A stretch of DNA of 61,874 nt, filler included, from Theionarchaea archaeon (GCA_018992565.1; 3 parts of 3 records of this genome joined end to end with filler, not necessarily neighbours in it), one strand, 5' to 3'; positions 40,276 to 50,565 are shown, numbered from the whole stretch's first letter. Notes: generated by a model not told the origin, from the sequence alone. Translations and numbers: made by a program.

Positions 40276-40743
40276 CTACTTAATAGACAGCCTGACATCT
40301 TCTTTTGCAGTGTGTATGCATATGAGCACGTTGAGGTCACGAACACTTCCAATAGTAACGACCTTCTCCATGAGAAATGCTCTCAAAGCAGTGGTGTCGG
40401 AAACCTTGACCTTGGCCAATATGTCTCGCTCCCCCGAGACTTCATGAACTTCCAGGACCTCGTCCAACTGTGCCAGCTTCCGCGCAGTCTCCTCAATGGT
40501 TGAAATGGGATGTACAGACACGCCGATATATGCAGTAGTAGAAACCCCTATCATCTCCCCATCTAAAAGAGGGACGACTGCTTTGATCACTTTCTGGTCT
40601 TTCAATCGTTTCGTTCTGTCGTATATTGTGGATTCAGGAGCACCTATTTCCGAAGCAAGAATTTTGTACGATGTGGTGGCATCCTCTTGTAGTTTCCTCA
40701 GAATCCTCTTATCGAGCTCATCTAGTTTCGGCTCCCTCTTCAT
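40276..40743 (-). CDS. Lrp/AsnC family transcriptional regulator
   Basis: LDELDKRIL..LQED HTH; VSGERD RAM domain. Confidence 0.93.
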   Translation of the reverse strand: MKREPKLDELDKRILRKLQEDATTSYKILASEIGAPESTIYDRTKRLKDQKVIKAVVPLLDGEMIGVSTTAYIGVSVHPISTIEETARKLAQLDEVLEVHEVSGERDILAKVKVSDTTALRAFLMEKVVTIGSVRDLNVLICIHTAKEDVRLSIK

Positions 40744-41209
40744 ACGTAGGGTTCACGGTGGATATATTTATTCTTTGTGGTTAAGTTGCATTTTTGAGTA
40801 ATCAACCGGTAATTATCAGGTTTGAGTACTCTTAGAGAGTATATATTCTGCGAATTACCGACAGAAGATGGGTGCTCTGAAATGGGCAAGATTTGAATTT
40901 TGATCTGGTAGTACATCCCCTAGGATGACGGCACACCATAGCTCACATAGGAAGAGGAAGCTGGCTTTGTAATCCCCTCATTCAGTGACCCTCTTTTCTT
41001 CTATCATGAGCTTTTATAGCGAATTACTGAAGGCATTTGCCGCCCATCAATTCTTGTGAGACCAGGAATGCTGCGGGGTGTCAGATTTCATCAATGGTTC
41101 ACGTGATGCCTCTCTGATGAATCCAGAACAGAATTTGAACAGATATCCTTGCTTCATCGAATTCTGGAGTCTGCACAAGGCTTAAATACAATACTGCGAG
41201 GTCATATCA

Positions 41210-42259
41210 ATGAGTGTCCCTGATCTCACAGTGGTGCTTCTCGTCCTGATTGTTGCATATGACTGTTACTACTTTGTCATTTTTCTCTATCAGAGCTCAA
41301 AGAAAACACTTCTTGAGTATACACCTTCCTGTTCTGTGATCATACCCGTGTACAATGATGAATCCACTATTGGCCAGTGTGTACAGAGTGTCCTGGATTC
41401 TGACTATCTCTTTGAGGAGGTTATTGTGGTAAACGATGGATCAACTGACGGAACACGAGAAGTCCTCCAGAACCTTCAGGGGATAACAGTGTACAACATA
41501 CCACATTCTGGAAAAGCAACTGCCCTCAACTATGGGATTGCTCACTCAAGAGGCGATATTGTCACACTTGATGCAGATACGTATGTCGGAAGAGACACTG
41601 TGAAAATGCTGGTTCGCAACCTAAGAGAGTATGATGCAGTTGCAGGTAACCTCCAGGTCTCCAACGTCAAGAAATTCCTGGGGAGATGTCAGGCCATTGA
41701 ACATGTCAGAGTGGCCATGTTCAGACGAGTGGCCCAGTACTTCAATGAGATAGATATTGTCCCCGGCCCCATTGGAGCATTCAGACGGGCGGTGTTCTCA
41801 AGGATCGTCTACGGGACATCCATGGTGGAGGATATGGAGTTAACCTACAACCTGCGGCACGAAGGGTTCACTGTAGGATATGAACAGAAAGCCAAGGCAT
41901 ACACCCGGATGCCTGACAGATGGATACCCTTCCTCAACCAGCGGCTCAGATGGGCAAAGGGAAATCTGCACCTGCTTCTTGAAGGGAATGCACCTGCACG
42001 GAAATTCCTGGCAGGCTACGGGCTGGCTCTGGCAGATATACTCCTGGTGCTTCTGTGCTTTCTGTACGGACAGTACCCTGCCTTACTCCTGTTTCTGTGG
42101 TTTGAATCTGTAACCATGGTCATGGGGACCTACAAAGAAGGGGCCAACCTGTATGCAGAATCACTGGCATTCCCCATATTCATGCTGTTCCTGGACAGCA
42201 TGTTTCTCATATCTCATGGTGCAGGGTTGATATCCATTCTAAGGTCACATCATTCCTAG
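41210..42259 (+). CDS. Glycosyltransferase family 2 (processive type)
   Basis: IIPVYN, NDGSTD, DAD, ED, QRLRW. Confidence 0.92.
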   Translation: MSVPDLTVVLLVLIVAYDCYYFVIFLYQSSKKTLLEYTPSCSVIIPVYNDESTIGQCVQSVLDSDYLFEEVIVVNDGSTDGTREVLQNLQGITVYNIPHSGKATALNYGIAHSRGDIVTLDADTYVGRDTVKMLVRNLREYDAVAGNLQVSNVKKFLGRCQAIEHVRVAMFRRVAQYFNEIDIVPGPIGAFRRAVFSRIVYGTSMVEDMELTYNLRHEGFTVGYEQKAKAYTRMPDRWIPFLNQRLRWAKGNLHLLLEGNAPARKFLAGYGLALADILLVLLCFLYGQYPALLLFLWFESVTMVMGTYKEGANLYAESLAFPIFMLFLDSMFLISHGAGLISILRSHHS

Positions 42260-43315
42260 ATACTCCTTTACAGAAGAACAGGCCCCACACCGGACGCAGC
42301 CTGCCTTATTCTTGAAAGGGTCTACTCCAGCCTCCATCATCTTCTCAGCTGCCCATACGGAACCCATCTTGACAACATCAAAGGAGGGCAGAGGGTGAGA
42401 TTCCAGAACAGTTCCCTGGAGAGGCCTGAAAGGGACAACAAAGGGAATCACGCCGCGCTGCACCATGTCTTCAATGCCTGTCTTTGTCTTCTCTTCATCT
42501 TCTCCCAATCCTACCAGAACATAGGAGCTGACCTGGTGTTCACCGAAAATCTCCACAGCATCCTCCCATGCACTGTTGAACTCGGAAAAATGCTTTGAGG
42601 GACAAATCCTCTCAAACAAGTTCTCATCTACTGTCTCAATGTGGACACCCAGTGTATCTGTCCCCTGATCTCTCAACAGTTCCAGGTACCGCCTGGCCAC
42701 TGGCTCTACCTGAGAATGAACAGGTAATCCCATCCGCTTGAGAGCAGCAGCGCACTGGGCCAGCATTACTGCTCCCCTGTCACTGTCATTGACAGTGCCT
42801 GTAGTGAGAGTAACATGAGAGGCACCTTCTTTCATGGCAGCCTCTGCCACCAGTTCCAGTTGCTCAGGGGTCTTCTGCTGGATAGTCCCCCCATACTCCA
42901 GTGACCGCTCGATTCCACAGAACCAACAGGGTGCAGTCCTCCACCTGATACACTTCTGGTACACCGTGGTGGCCAGACAGTCTACCCCATGGAGGAGTGC
43001 GATCTTCTTGTAGGGAATCCCCTCTTCTGTCTTCAGAGCATAAAAGTGAGGATCGTCAACCACGTGAACGGGCACTCCTTCCTGTAGAGGGCTTTGAGGG
43101 TTCTCATCCACCAGGACGCAGGTATCATCTTCTTTCTGCAGCCAGATGTCGGAGGTTGCAGCAGCCCCGTATACAAAGCAGTTCACCACCATGTCCTGGA
43201 TCACCATATATCTCCCCCCTGCAGGACCTGCCCCTCCTTTTCTCTCCGTACGCATGGGTTCAGGTACCCGGACTCCCTGACAGAGCAACCGTGTCTTCAC
43301 ATCTGCATTATTCAT
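42245..43315 (-). CDS. Radical SAM protein, MSMEG_0568-like
   Basis: RKGGAGP, IALLHG.DCLATTV.Q.C......C.FC.I, C-terminal AGCVRCGACS. Confidence 0.85.
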   Translation of the reverse strand: MNNADVKTRLLCQGVRVPEPMRTERKGGAGPAGGRYMVIQDMVVNCFVYGAAATSDIWLQKEDDTCVLVDENPQSPLQEGVPVHVVDDPHFYALKTEEGIPYKKIALLHGVDCLATTVYQKCIRWRTAPCWFCGIERSLEYGGTIQQKTPEQLELVAEAAMKEGASHVTLTTGTVNDSDRGAVMLAQCAAALKRMGLPVHSQVEPVARRYLELLRDQGTDTLGVHIETVDENLFERICPSKHFSEFNSAWEDAVEIFGEHQVSSYVLVGLGEDEEKTKTGIEDMVQRGVIPFVVPFRPLQGTVLESHPLPSFDVVKMGSVWAAEKMMEAGVDPFKNKAGCVRCGACSSVKEYLGMM

Positions 43316-43778
43316 GACATCCTCTCTCATATTTTTGAACGTTCATTCCAGGAGCCTGCTCAAAGACAGGCCCCACTCTGGAGAAGCCGTACTTTTCAAC
43401 AAGGTGGAGGCTTTCTTTTTGGTTCAGCAGGACATTGACGTAGTTCTTCTTACAGCAGTGGTCCCTGGCAAACTGTATGAACTGCTCATACATGGCAGAA
43501 GCTATCCCCTGCCCGGTATATTCCGGGAGGATTGACTGGTGCTCGCCAAAACACCCCTCCTCAGTTATCTGCAACTTATAGCAGCCCACAATCTTTTTCT
43601 GATCTCTGGCTCCAAAGAAGCGAACCCCGGAGTGCATCTCCCGTATGATCTCCTGACTGGTAATTTTGCGCTTTTCTCTCCACTTTTCCGGATATTCATA
43701 CGCACGTGACCACACGTTCTTGAACAGTCTTTCCAACTCTTCTGCATCCTCTTCTTTGAATTCTTCAATATTCTGCAC
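43308..43778 (-). CDS. GNAT family N-acetyltransferase
   Basis: ILPEYTGQGIA, N..S....EKYGF. Confidence 0.85.
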   Translation of the reverse strand: MQNIEEFKEEDAEELERLFKNVWSRAYEYPEKWREKRKITSQEIIREMHSGVRFFGARDQKKIVGCYKLQITEEGCFGEHQSILPEYTGQGIASAMYEQFIQFARDHCCKKNYVNVLLNQKESLHLVEKYGFSRVGPVFEQAPGMNVQKYERGCHE

Positions 43779-43900
43779 ATGAAAGGATTATTCACTTCAT
43801 TTAAATACGTGTTGATTGCCCCCAGGTGAAACTTTTGACGTGAAAAGATGAGGTGATGGGAGTGAGTAACCTTTATAAATAGTCTCTAAGAACACAGAGC

Positions 43901-44059
43901 ATGGACATGAAACTCAGAGACATTGTACAGTGCCCGAAATGTGGATATAGATTCAGCAAGTCTTATTCTCGAGTGACCAGTTGCAGAGGCTGCCCTGAAT
44001 CTGCGGGCCAGTGTGGTCTGATTCGGTGCCCCAAGTGCAGTAACGAGTTTGCAGGCTGA
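43901..44059 (+). CDS. Small Cys-rich zinc-finger/FeS protein, 52 aa (not in ORF track)
   Basis: MDMKLRDIVQCPKCGYRFSKSYSRVTSCRGCPESAGQCGLIRCPKCSNEFAG; AACCTTTATAAA about 25-30 nt upstream (leaderless). Confidence 0.8.
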   Translation: MDMKLRDIVQCPKCGYRFSKSYSRVTSCRGCPESAGQCGLIRCPKCSNEFAG

Positions 44060-44186
44060 GCCGGACATTCTATCAGAGGGACAGTGAGCCCCTGCTGATC
44101 CTGCAGTCATTTTCTCAATCTCTCGTATGAGGTACTGTGAGGTCACTTTCCAAAACCCTTATAAAGGATTTTGCCGTTCAAAGACT

Positions 44187-44690
44187 ATGGAAATGGAGAA
44201 CGAACTACGCGAAATAGGCGAAGGGTTTCTCATCGCTGTTGTCATCTACCTTATCATTCAAGCCTCCTTGATGGTCACCCTGGGGGTGGAAAGACCCCTC
44301 TATGTGGTGATATCAGGAAGCATGGAACCTACTTACTATGAGGGGGATATTCTTGTTGTCAAGAGAGCAAATCCCTATACCATTGAGGAAGGGGACATTA
44401 TCGTATTTGAATCTCCCTCGGGAGGAATACCTATTGTGCATCGGGTGTTTGATGTTGAGATTGCTGGCGGAATCCCGTATTTCGTCACCAAAGGAGACCA
44501 TAACAATAGCCTGGATGTATATTACCAATTCAGCTACCCCGGAGTTCCTCCTGAGCAAATCATTGGAAAACCTATTTTCAGGATTCCCAAACTGGGCTGG
44601 GGACAGATAAAGCTGCGAGAACTTGGTATGTATTTGAGAATGCAATTCAAGAACCTGGGTGAAGTGATACGATGTCCTCAGATAGTGTAA
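44187..44690 (+). CDS. Signal peptidase I (Sec11/SipW type)
   Basis: SGSMEP, IVHRV, TKGDHN...D. Confidence 0.92.
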   Translation: MEMENELREIGEGFLIAVVIYLIIQASLMVTLGVERPLYVVISGSMEPTYYEGDILVVKRANPYTIEEGDIIVFESPSGGIPIVHRVFDVEIAGGIPYFVTKGDHNNSLDVYYQFSYPGVPPEQIIGKPIFRIPKLGWGQIKLRELGMYLRMQFKNLGEVIRCPQIV

Positions 44691-45109
44691 GGAAGAACCT
44701 CATCGATATAGCCATAGCGTTATGTATATTCCTGGTTATCCAGGGGGCGCTCTACGGTGTCCTGGGTGTATTTCCTCCCTACAGGGTGGTCAGCTCAGGA
44801 AGCATGGAACCGACCTACTACGAAGGAGACATTGTGTTTATCAAGCAAATTGACCCTCACAAGTTGCAGGTAGGGGATATCATTGTCTTCAGGCCGAAAG
44901 GGGGAGGAATTCCCATTGTACATCGGGTCACAGAGATAGTGGAGGAAAGTCAGGTACTGTACTTCGTCACCCAGGGAGATCATAATGCATTTCCTGATTC
45001 TTTTTATAGACCGTTGCCCGGAGTTCCTGAATCAGAAGTCATTGGCACTCCTGTACTGAAGATTCCCAAAGTGGGGTATGTTTCAGTATTCTTCAGGAGA
45101 CTTCTATGA
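44672..45109 (+). CDS. Signal peptidase I (Sec11/SipW type), paralog
   Basis: SGSMEP, IVHRV, TQGDHN..PD, IPKVG. Confidence 0.92.
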   Translation: MSSDSVRKNLIDIAIALCIFLVIQGALYGVLGVFPPYRVVSSGSMEPTYYEGDIVFIKQIDPHKLQVGDIIVFRPKGGGIPIVHRVTEIVEESQVLYFVTQGDHNAFPDSFYRPLPGVPESEVIGTPVLKIPKVGYVSVFFRRLL

Positions 45110-45519
45110 AAGACAGAGAGAGGATAGCAGTGGCAGTGGATGGAGTCATTCTTGATGGTGAACGTATCCTGCTTATCAGGAGGAGGAATGATCCATTCCA
45201 GGGGGACTGGGCTCTGCCTGGAGGATTTGTAGAATACGGAGAGACCACAGAACAGGCTGCTGTCAGGGAAATGGAGGAAGAAACTGGGCTTGTCTGCAGA
45301 ATTGAAGGGTTGGTGGGTGTTTACTCTGCTCCCGATCGTGACCCTCGAGGGCATACTATTTCTATTGCCTATGTGATGGGTGTTAGAGAAGGCCAGATGA
45401 AAGCAGGGGATGATGCAGCAGGCGCCACCTGGCACCGTCTTGCTGAATTACCTGAAAGAATGGCTTTTGATCATCGTACTATCATAGAAGATGCCCTGAG
45501 AATGATTCGGTCAGGATGA
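45106..45519 (+). CDS. NUDIX hydrolase (ADP-ribose pyrophosphatase-like)
   Basis: Nudix box GGFVEYGET..AAVREMEEETG, RDPR, GDDA, AFDH. Confidence 0.93.
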   Translation: MKDRERIAVAVDGVILDGERILLIRRRNDPFQGDWALPGGFVEYGETTEQAAVREMEEETGLVCRIEGLVGVYSAPDRDPRGHTISIAYVMGVREGQMKAGDDAAGATWHRLAELPERMAFDHRTIIEDALRMIRSG

Positions 45520-46020
45520 ACTCTTTGAAGCTGACATAATCTGTTTTGGCCTGTATTCTGTATCTACAATGCAGGTGGTGACAGGGTTGAAATCATTTTG
45601 ATAGAGAATCGGGACCACTTTCCTGGCAGAAAGGGGAAATGGATTCCATGAGGTGGGAGTTTTCTGGCAGTATTCGATAATAATGAGATGTCCTGAGGGA
45701 TATAACACCCGATAAGATTCCTTAACGAAGGAGATGATCCTGGGATAGTAGTGAAGCACGTTAACGTAGAGAACTCCGGAGACGGTCTCATCTCCAAAAG
45801 GTAGATACTGACAATTCCCGTTAACTGCCAGCGATTGTTTTGGGAGAGCTCCCAGCATTTCAACTCTGGTATCAATCCCGATGACTGGAGATGCTCCCAG
45901 GCGGGCCAGTGCCTCACAGTACACTCCGCGTCCGCATCCACAGTCAACCCAGGCTCCTGAAATGGTCGTGCCTGATGCCTTCAGGAACGAGACTGCTTTC
46001 TCTAGGTAGTGCGTTCTCAT
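45511..46020 (-). CDS. Class I SAM-dependent methyltransferase
   Basis: DCGCGRG, IGID, LPF, RVL.P.G. Confidence 0.85.
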   Translation of the reverse strand: MRTHYLEKAVSFLKASGTTISGAWVDCGCGRGVYCEALARLGASPVIGIDTRVEMLGALPKQSLAVNGNCQYLPFGDETVSGVLYVNVLHYYPRIISFVKESYRVLYPSGHLIIIEYCQKTPTSWNPFPLSARKVVPILYQNDFNPVTTCIVDTEYRPKQIMSASKSSS

Positions 46021-46045
46021 GGTTTGACCTGGTTCTTCCGATGGA

Positions 46046-46519
46046 CTACTGGCGGATTTTTATGTGACGCAACAGGTAGAACCAGAGGAATCCTGCAGGG
46101 ATAATACAGAACATCAATTTGAGTTCATTCCTGATTGATTCCACAAAAGAGAAGTATCCTTCAATAATTCCCGCTATAATCAACAGGATTATAGCTCCTG
46201 CCACCAGTTGAGTTGCTTCCTTTCCTGCTGTACTGATTGCTTCAGATCGGGAGAGGTCTCCTGGATTCAGGACTGCATTTCCCAGTTTTAACCCTGCCCC
46301 ACCGCAGATGAAGATGGCTGCAAATTCTAAAATCCCGTGAGGAAGGACACTGGCTGCCAGTGAAATCCCCAGTCCCTGATCCACAAAGAATGCAACAACA
46401 ATCCCCAGGAACAGGCCGTTGATCACCAGATAGAAGATAGTCCCCAGCCCCAGGAGTATTCCACTTCCATACAGTGCTATGCCGACCTGAGTATTATTGG
46501 CGAAAATAGACGATGTGGC
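46046..46519 (-). CDS. SpoIIM-family membrane protein (5' truncated by gap)
   Basis: NG...G, PHGILE, A..IEGY. Confidence 0.85.
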   Translation of the reverse strand, partial: ATSSIFANNTQVGIALYGSGILLGLGTIFYLVINGLFLGIVVAFFVDQGLGISLAASVLPHGILEFAAIFICGGAGLKLGNAVLNPGDLSRSEAISTAGKEATQLVAGAIILLIIAGIIEGYFSFVESIRNELKLMFCIIPAGFLWFYLLRHIKIRQ

Positions 46520-46619
46520 NNNNNNNNNNNNNNNNNNNNNNNNNNNNNNNNNNNNNNNNNNNNTTAATTAATTAANNNNNNNNNNNNNNNNNNNNNNNNN
46601 NNNNNNNNNNNNNNNNNNN
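46520..46619. other. Assembly gap with TTAATTAATTAA linker
   Basis: N-run with linker. Confidence 0.95.
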
Positions 46620-46651
46620 CCCATATATACAGATATAGAGGAAATTCGGTT

Positions 46652-47860
46652 ATGAAAGAAGTTTTGGAGAAGATTCGTCCCACAGAAGAAGAACGAAAGG
46701 CTGTTAAGAAGGTAATCAGTGCATGTACTGGCATATTGAAAGACAGAGTCAAGGAAAGAGAGCTCCATGCTGAAGTCACCCTCCAGGGTTCTATGGCAAA
46801 GGACACCTGGATTTCGGGTGATAGAAATGTCGACATGTTTCTGATTTTCTCTCATGACTATTCTGAAAAGGAATTGAAGCAGTACGGACTTGAGATTGGT
46901 GTGCTAGGAGACCACGAGATCGCCTACGCAGAACATCCCTATGTAAGGAATTTCGTGGAGGGATATGAAGTGGATGTGGTCCCTGCTTACACCTTCAGAG
47001 AAGGGATCAGGAGCTCAGTGGATAGGACTCCCTTGCATACTGAGTATGTGTTAACTCATCTTACAGATAAGGACCAGGTACGACTCCTCAAAAAGTTTAC
47101 ACGATCAATTGCAGTGTATGGCTCTGATCTCAAGGTCCAGGGATTATCTGGTTACTTGTGTGAGTTGCTGGTCATTAAGTATGGTACCTTTTTTCAGGTT
47201 CTGGAGAATATGAGCACAATAAAACCAGGGGAATGCCTGTATTTGGAAATGCCTCCTTCAAGAGAGTTCACTGAACCATTGGTGTTCGTGGATCCAGTTG
47301 ATCCTGAACGGAATGTGGCTGCTGTCGTGTCATTGGAGAATCTAGCCAGACTAGTACACCACGCCCGGGAATTCTTGAAAAATCCTGAGCCTTCTCAGTT
47401 TTTCAGAGAACCTGAATCCTATAAACGGATATCGGGAACCGAGTTGTACAGAATTGACTTTCAACTCGACGTAATCGATGATATCCTGTTTCCTCAATTG
47501 AGGAAAACCAGGGACTACATGGTTAAGATGCTGGAGCATCATGGATTCCGCGTGTTCAATACAGCAGTATTCGGCAGAGGGATTCTCATAGAATTGTCCG
47601 TTTTTGCGCTGCCTCCATCCAAGAAGCACTTGGGCCCCCCGGTATATGAGAAAGAGCACTGTGAGCGGTTTCTGCAGAAACATGCGATGGCAGGGGTTGA
47701 TAGAGACAGGATCTATGCAGTCATTGACAGGAAATACGTCAGAGCTGGTGATCTACTGAGGGATTTACTCAAGAACAGGCAGGGATTCGGGAAAGACCTC
47801 ATCTCAGCACAGGCAGCGATTACGCTTGTTTCAGGCAATGTCAGTGAATGTGTGTACTGA
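46652..47860 (+). CDS. cca: Class I (archaeal) CCA-adding enzyme
   Basis: GS.AKDTW, YAEHPY, DVVP, SVDRTP.H, SGYLCELL, DPVDPERNVAA. Confidence 0.93.
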   Translation: MKEVLEKIRPTEEERKAVKKVISACTGILKDRVKERELHAEVTLQGSMAKDTWISGDRNVDMFLIFSHDYSEKELKQYGLEIGVLGDHEIAYAEHPYVRNFVEGYEVDVVPAYTFREGIRSSVDRTPLHTEYVLTHLTDKDQVRLLKKFTRSIAVYGSDLKVQGLSGYLCELLVIKYGTFFQVLENMSTIKPGECLYLEMPPSREFTEPLVFVDPVDPERNVAAVVSLENLARLVHHAREFLKNPEPSQFFREPESYKRISGTELYRIDFQLDVIDDILFPQLRKTRDYMVKMLEHHGFRVFNTAVFGRGILIELSVFALPPSKKHLGPPVYEKEHCERFLQKHAMAGVDRDRIYAVIDRKYVRAGDLLRDLLKNRQGFGKDLISAQAAITLVSGNVSECVY

Positions 47861-47875
47861 ATCATCATTCTGCTT

Positions 47876-48286
47876 CTAAACGTTACTTCTCTCTGAATGT
47901 TCTTCACAAATGCGATCCCTGATTTCGGTGGAAGAATAAGGCAACCGCTCAGGCAGTTGCTTCACTTCAATGGTCAGATTTCGCTTCTTGATCTGCAACT
48001 TCACCCACTCATAGTCTTGATCAGGACCGAGGAACAAGTAATCAGGCGAAATGTCTTCTATGGGTCTGAAGAAATCTTCTTTATCACCAAGAATTGCCTT
48101 TGTTACAGGCTTCAAACTCTGTATCATCGCCAATCTTTCTTTCTCATTGAAAATGATTTTCCTCTTATTGATGTTGCAGTCCCTCGCAACAATCACATAG
48201 AGGTCTCCAAGGGCTGCAGCTTCTTTGAGCAGGTACATGTGTCCGGGATGCAGCACATCGAAGGTTCCAGCAACAACAACGATCAT
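47876..48286 (-). CDS. ribL: FAD synthase (RibL)-like cytidyltransferase
   Basis: GTFDVLHPGH, VIVARD, LGPDQ, SST.I. Confidence 0.8.
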   Translation of the reverse strand: MIVVVAGTFDVLHPGHMYLLKEAAALGDLYVIVARDCNINKRKIIFNEKERLAMIQSLKPVTKAILGDKEDFFRPIEDISPDYLFLGPDQDYEWVKLQIKKRNLTIEVKQLPERLPYSSTEIRDRICEEHSERSNV

Positions 48287-48623
48287 ACCTGTGGTTATCC
48301 GACAGGTCTTTTAAAGATTGTCAGCACTCCATTGCGGAAGAGCGGGATACAATCCACAATCGATATTCATCCGTCTCTCATTTCTCATATAAGAACAGAA
48401 AATTGGTGAAGTATAATAGATTTGATTGCCAAATAGAGTGAATATCTCGATATTATCTTATCAATGGAGCTAACTGAGCTTTAAAAAGAAATTTATGAAT
48501 AAATCAGAAGACAGAATGTCTCAAATCAGGACTGTGAAATACGATTTCACTGTTTTTTTCACAAATGTATTTATTCAATGAAAAGGCATCATTCCGTGAG
48601 AAGACTTACAGGAGGAACGCAAA

Positions 48624-48998
48624 ATGGCCAGAAAATCGAAGGTCGAAGATCTGACAGATTTGTTGAAAGGTCTTGAAGCTACAACACCCGATATTGAAGC
48701 CTCTGCTGTCGTTTCTGTGGATGGGTTGATGATTGCATCTGCTCTTCCTCGAGATGTGGAGGAAGACAGAGTTGCTGCCATGTCTGCTGCCATGCTCTCA
48801 CTGGGCGAGAGGACTGCCAAAGAACTGGCTCGAGGAGACTTGTCAGAGGTCTACGTTAAAGGGGAGAATGGATATGTAGTGCTCATGGCATCAGGTGAGA
48901 ACGCAGTGCTGACTGCGCTGGCACGAAAAGATGCCAAACTGGGGCTGGTCTTTCTGGACATGAAGAGAACTGCAGAAGAGGTTGTCAACCTCGTGTAG
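48624..48998 (+). CDS. Roadblock/LC7 (MglB-like) protein
   Basis: AVVSVDGLMIAS, RVAAMSAA, LGLV. Confidence 0.92.
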   Translation: MARKSKVEDLTDLLKGLEATTPDIEASAVVSVDGLMIASALPRDVEEDRVAAMSAAMLSLGERTAKELARGDLSEVYVKGENGYVVLMASGENAVLTALARKDAKLGLVFLDMKRTAEEVVNLV

Positions 48999-49021
48999 GT
49001 GATATTACGGCTGAACAAAAG

Positions 49022-49645
49022 ATGGCTGACAATTTCATCATGAAAGTCTACCTCAAGACTGTCCAGAATATTGTGGGAATAAATGGACTCAATTCAGTCC
49101 TGAATTACGCCCATCTGCAAAAGTATATCAACAACTCGCCCCCAGACAACGGAAAACTTGAGACTCCTGTGAAAGACATACAGAATCTATTCCATGCTCT
49201 ATATGAGTTATTTGGGGAAAATGGTACACGCAATCTTTCGCTTCGATTAGGTCGTGAATTTGCCCGCGAAGCAATAGAGGAACGTTCATCGATGATGGAA
49301 ACTCTGTCAGCGGCATCCGGTCCCGACCATGAAGAGAGGAAAACGAGGATGTTTCTGGACACGGTTGCTCAAGAGACAGGCAAAATGTTCACCTGTGATT
49401 CTGGCAATCCTGTGGAAATTCAGGAACACGACGATCACTTCTTCATAATCCATAGAGACTACTTCGAAAGCAATGGGCTTCAGTCTGATGATCCTGTTTG
49501 TAATGTGTACGTGGGCATGCTCGAGTATTTCATGTACTGGATTACAGGAGCGAGACATGAAGTGAAAGAAATCGAGTGCAAAGCAATGGGGAACCACGCA
49601 GATGTATTCAGAATCTCGAAGAACAAGAAAATAGATGCGTCATAA
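49022..49645 (+). CDS. V4R-domain protein
   Basis: PVC....G, V.EIECKAMG....F. Confidence 0.8.
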   Translation: MADNFIMKVYLKTVQNIVGINGLNSVLNYAHLQKYINNSPPDNGKLETPVKDIQNLFHALYELFGENGTRNLSLRLGREFAREAIEERSSMMETLSAASGPDHEERKTRMFLDTVAQETGKMFTCDSGNPVEIQEHDDHFFIIHRDYFESNGLQSDDPVCNVYVGMLEYFMYWITGARHEVKEIECKAMGNHADVFRISKNKKIDAS

Positions 49646-49690
49646 TTATTTTTTCTCTTTGAAGAGAAAATTAGGTGGAGTGGTGGCTGC

Positions 49691-49972
49691 GTGATCAAAA
49701 TACAAATTAAAAATCTGGAAGACTTCAAGAAGGTCATCAGAAATAGAAGCACAGTCTATTTCACCAGAGAACATGATACCAATTCAGAGAGACATACCTA
49801 CTATGTATTATCCAAGGAATCTGGGGTTGATATTGTAATCATCTTTGTATCAGAAGAACCTCTTAGGTTTGTCGATGAGTACAATCCTGAAGAATCGGAA
49901 GGGATTAATGTCACGTACCTTATAGAAATAGAAGAACTGGTTTTTTGTTGTCTGGGAGATTCTTCCTGTTGA
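49691..49972 (+). CDS. Hypothetical protein
   Basis: 93-aa ORF with GGTGG-type RBS. Confidence 0.5.
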   Translation: MIKIQIKNLEDFKKVIRNRSTVYFTREHDTNSERHTYYVLSKESGVDIVIIFVSEEPLRFVDEYNPEESEGINVTYLIEIEELVFCCLGDSSC

Positions 49973-50400
49973 GTACCAGGACAATAGCTTATTCTTTCTT
50001 CTTAGGTCTCAAAAGAATATAAGAGAAAACGATTTTTGTGTTTCCCAGGACTCTGGAGAAAGGCCAATCCTGTGTTCCTGAAACATGAGACTTCTTATTC
50101 TTGCCCTTTCCGAGAGGATTTTGCCTGGGTTACCCTTCATGGAGACTGCTCATTCTTCTCTTATAGTGCAGGTACTGATTATTCTGTCTTGGGTGCTGTG
50201 AGTGGCAAGAAAGGCAGCTACTTCTACAACAGCTTTCCGACATCATGGAGTATTGCTGCATCTTCTTCAATACCTCTCCACAGATTTTTTCGCTACAAAT
50301 AAACATACAACCGATAAGTTTATAAATACATCCAATGTTAATAATAACAGATGCAGTACATAAATACTGAAAGAGAAAAAAATCTCAAGAGGTGTGAAAA

Positions 50401-50565
50401 ATGATTGGAACTGAATTGTATCTGTACGAGCTTGGAAAGCAGAAAATGCAGGAGCTCATTGAGAACTCTGAAAGGAAGAGAATGCTCAATCCGCAAGAAT
50501 CACACTCATTCAGATTCCCATTAAGAAAGATGTGGAATCTCTCATCAAGACCAGAGTACACCTGA
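50401..50565 (+). CDS. Small hypothetical protein, 54 aa
   Basis: GAGGTG RBS, upstream TTTATAAA, downstream T-tract; MIGTELYLYELGKQKMQELIENSERKRMLNP... Confidence 0.55.
   Translation: MIGTELYLYELGKQKMQELIENSERKRMLNPQESHSFRFPLRKMWNLSSRPEYT

Noticed and set aside
50224..50260. Minus-strand AAILHDVGKLL HD-like fragment
   Set aside because: Only about 11 codons bounded by stops; could be a pseudogene relic or chance, cannot be supported
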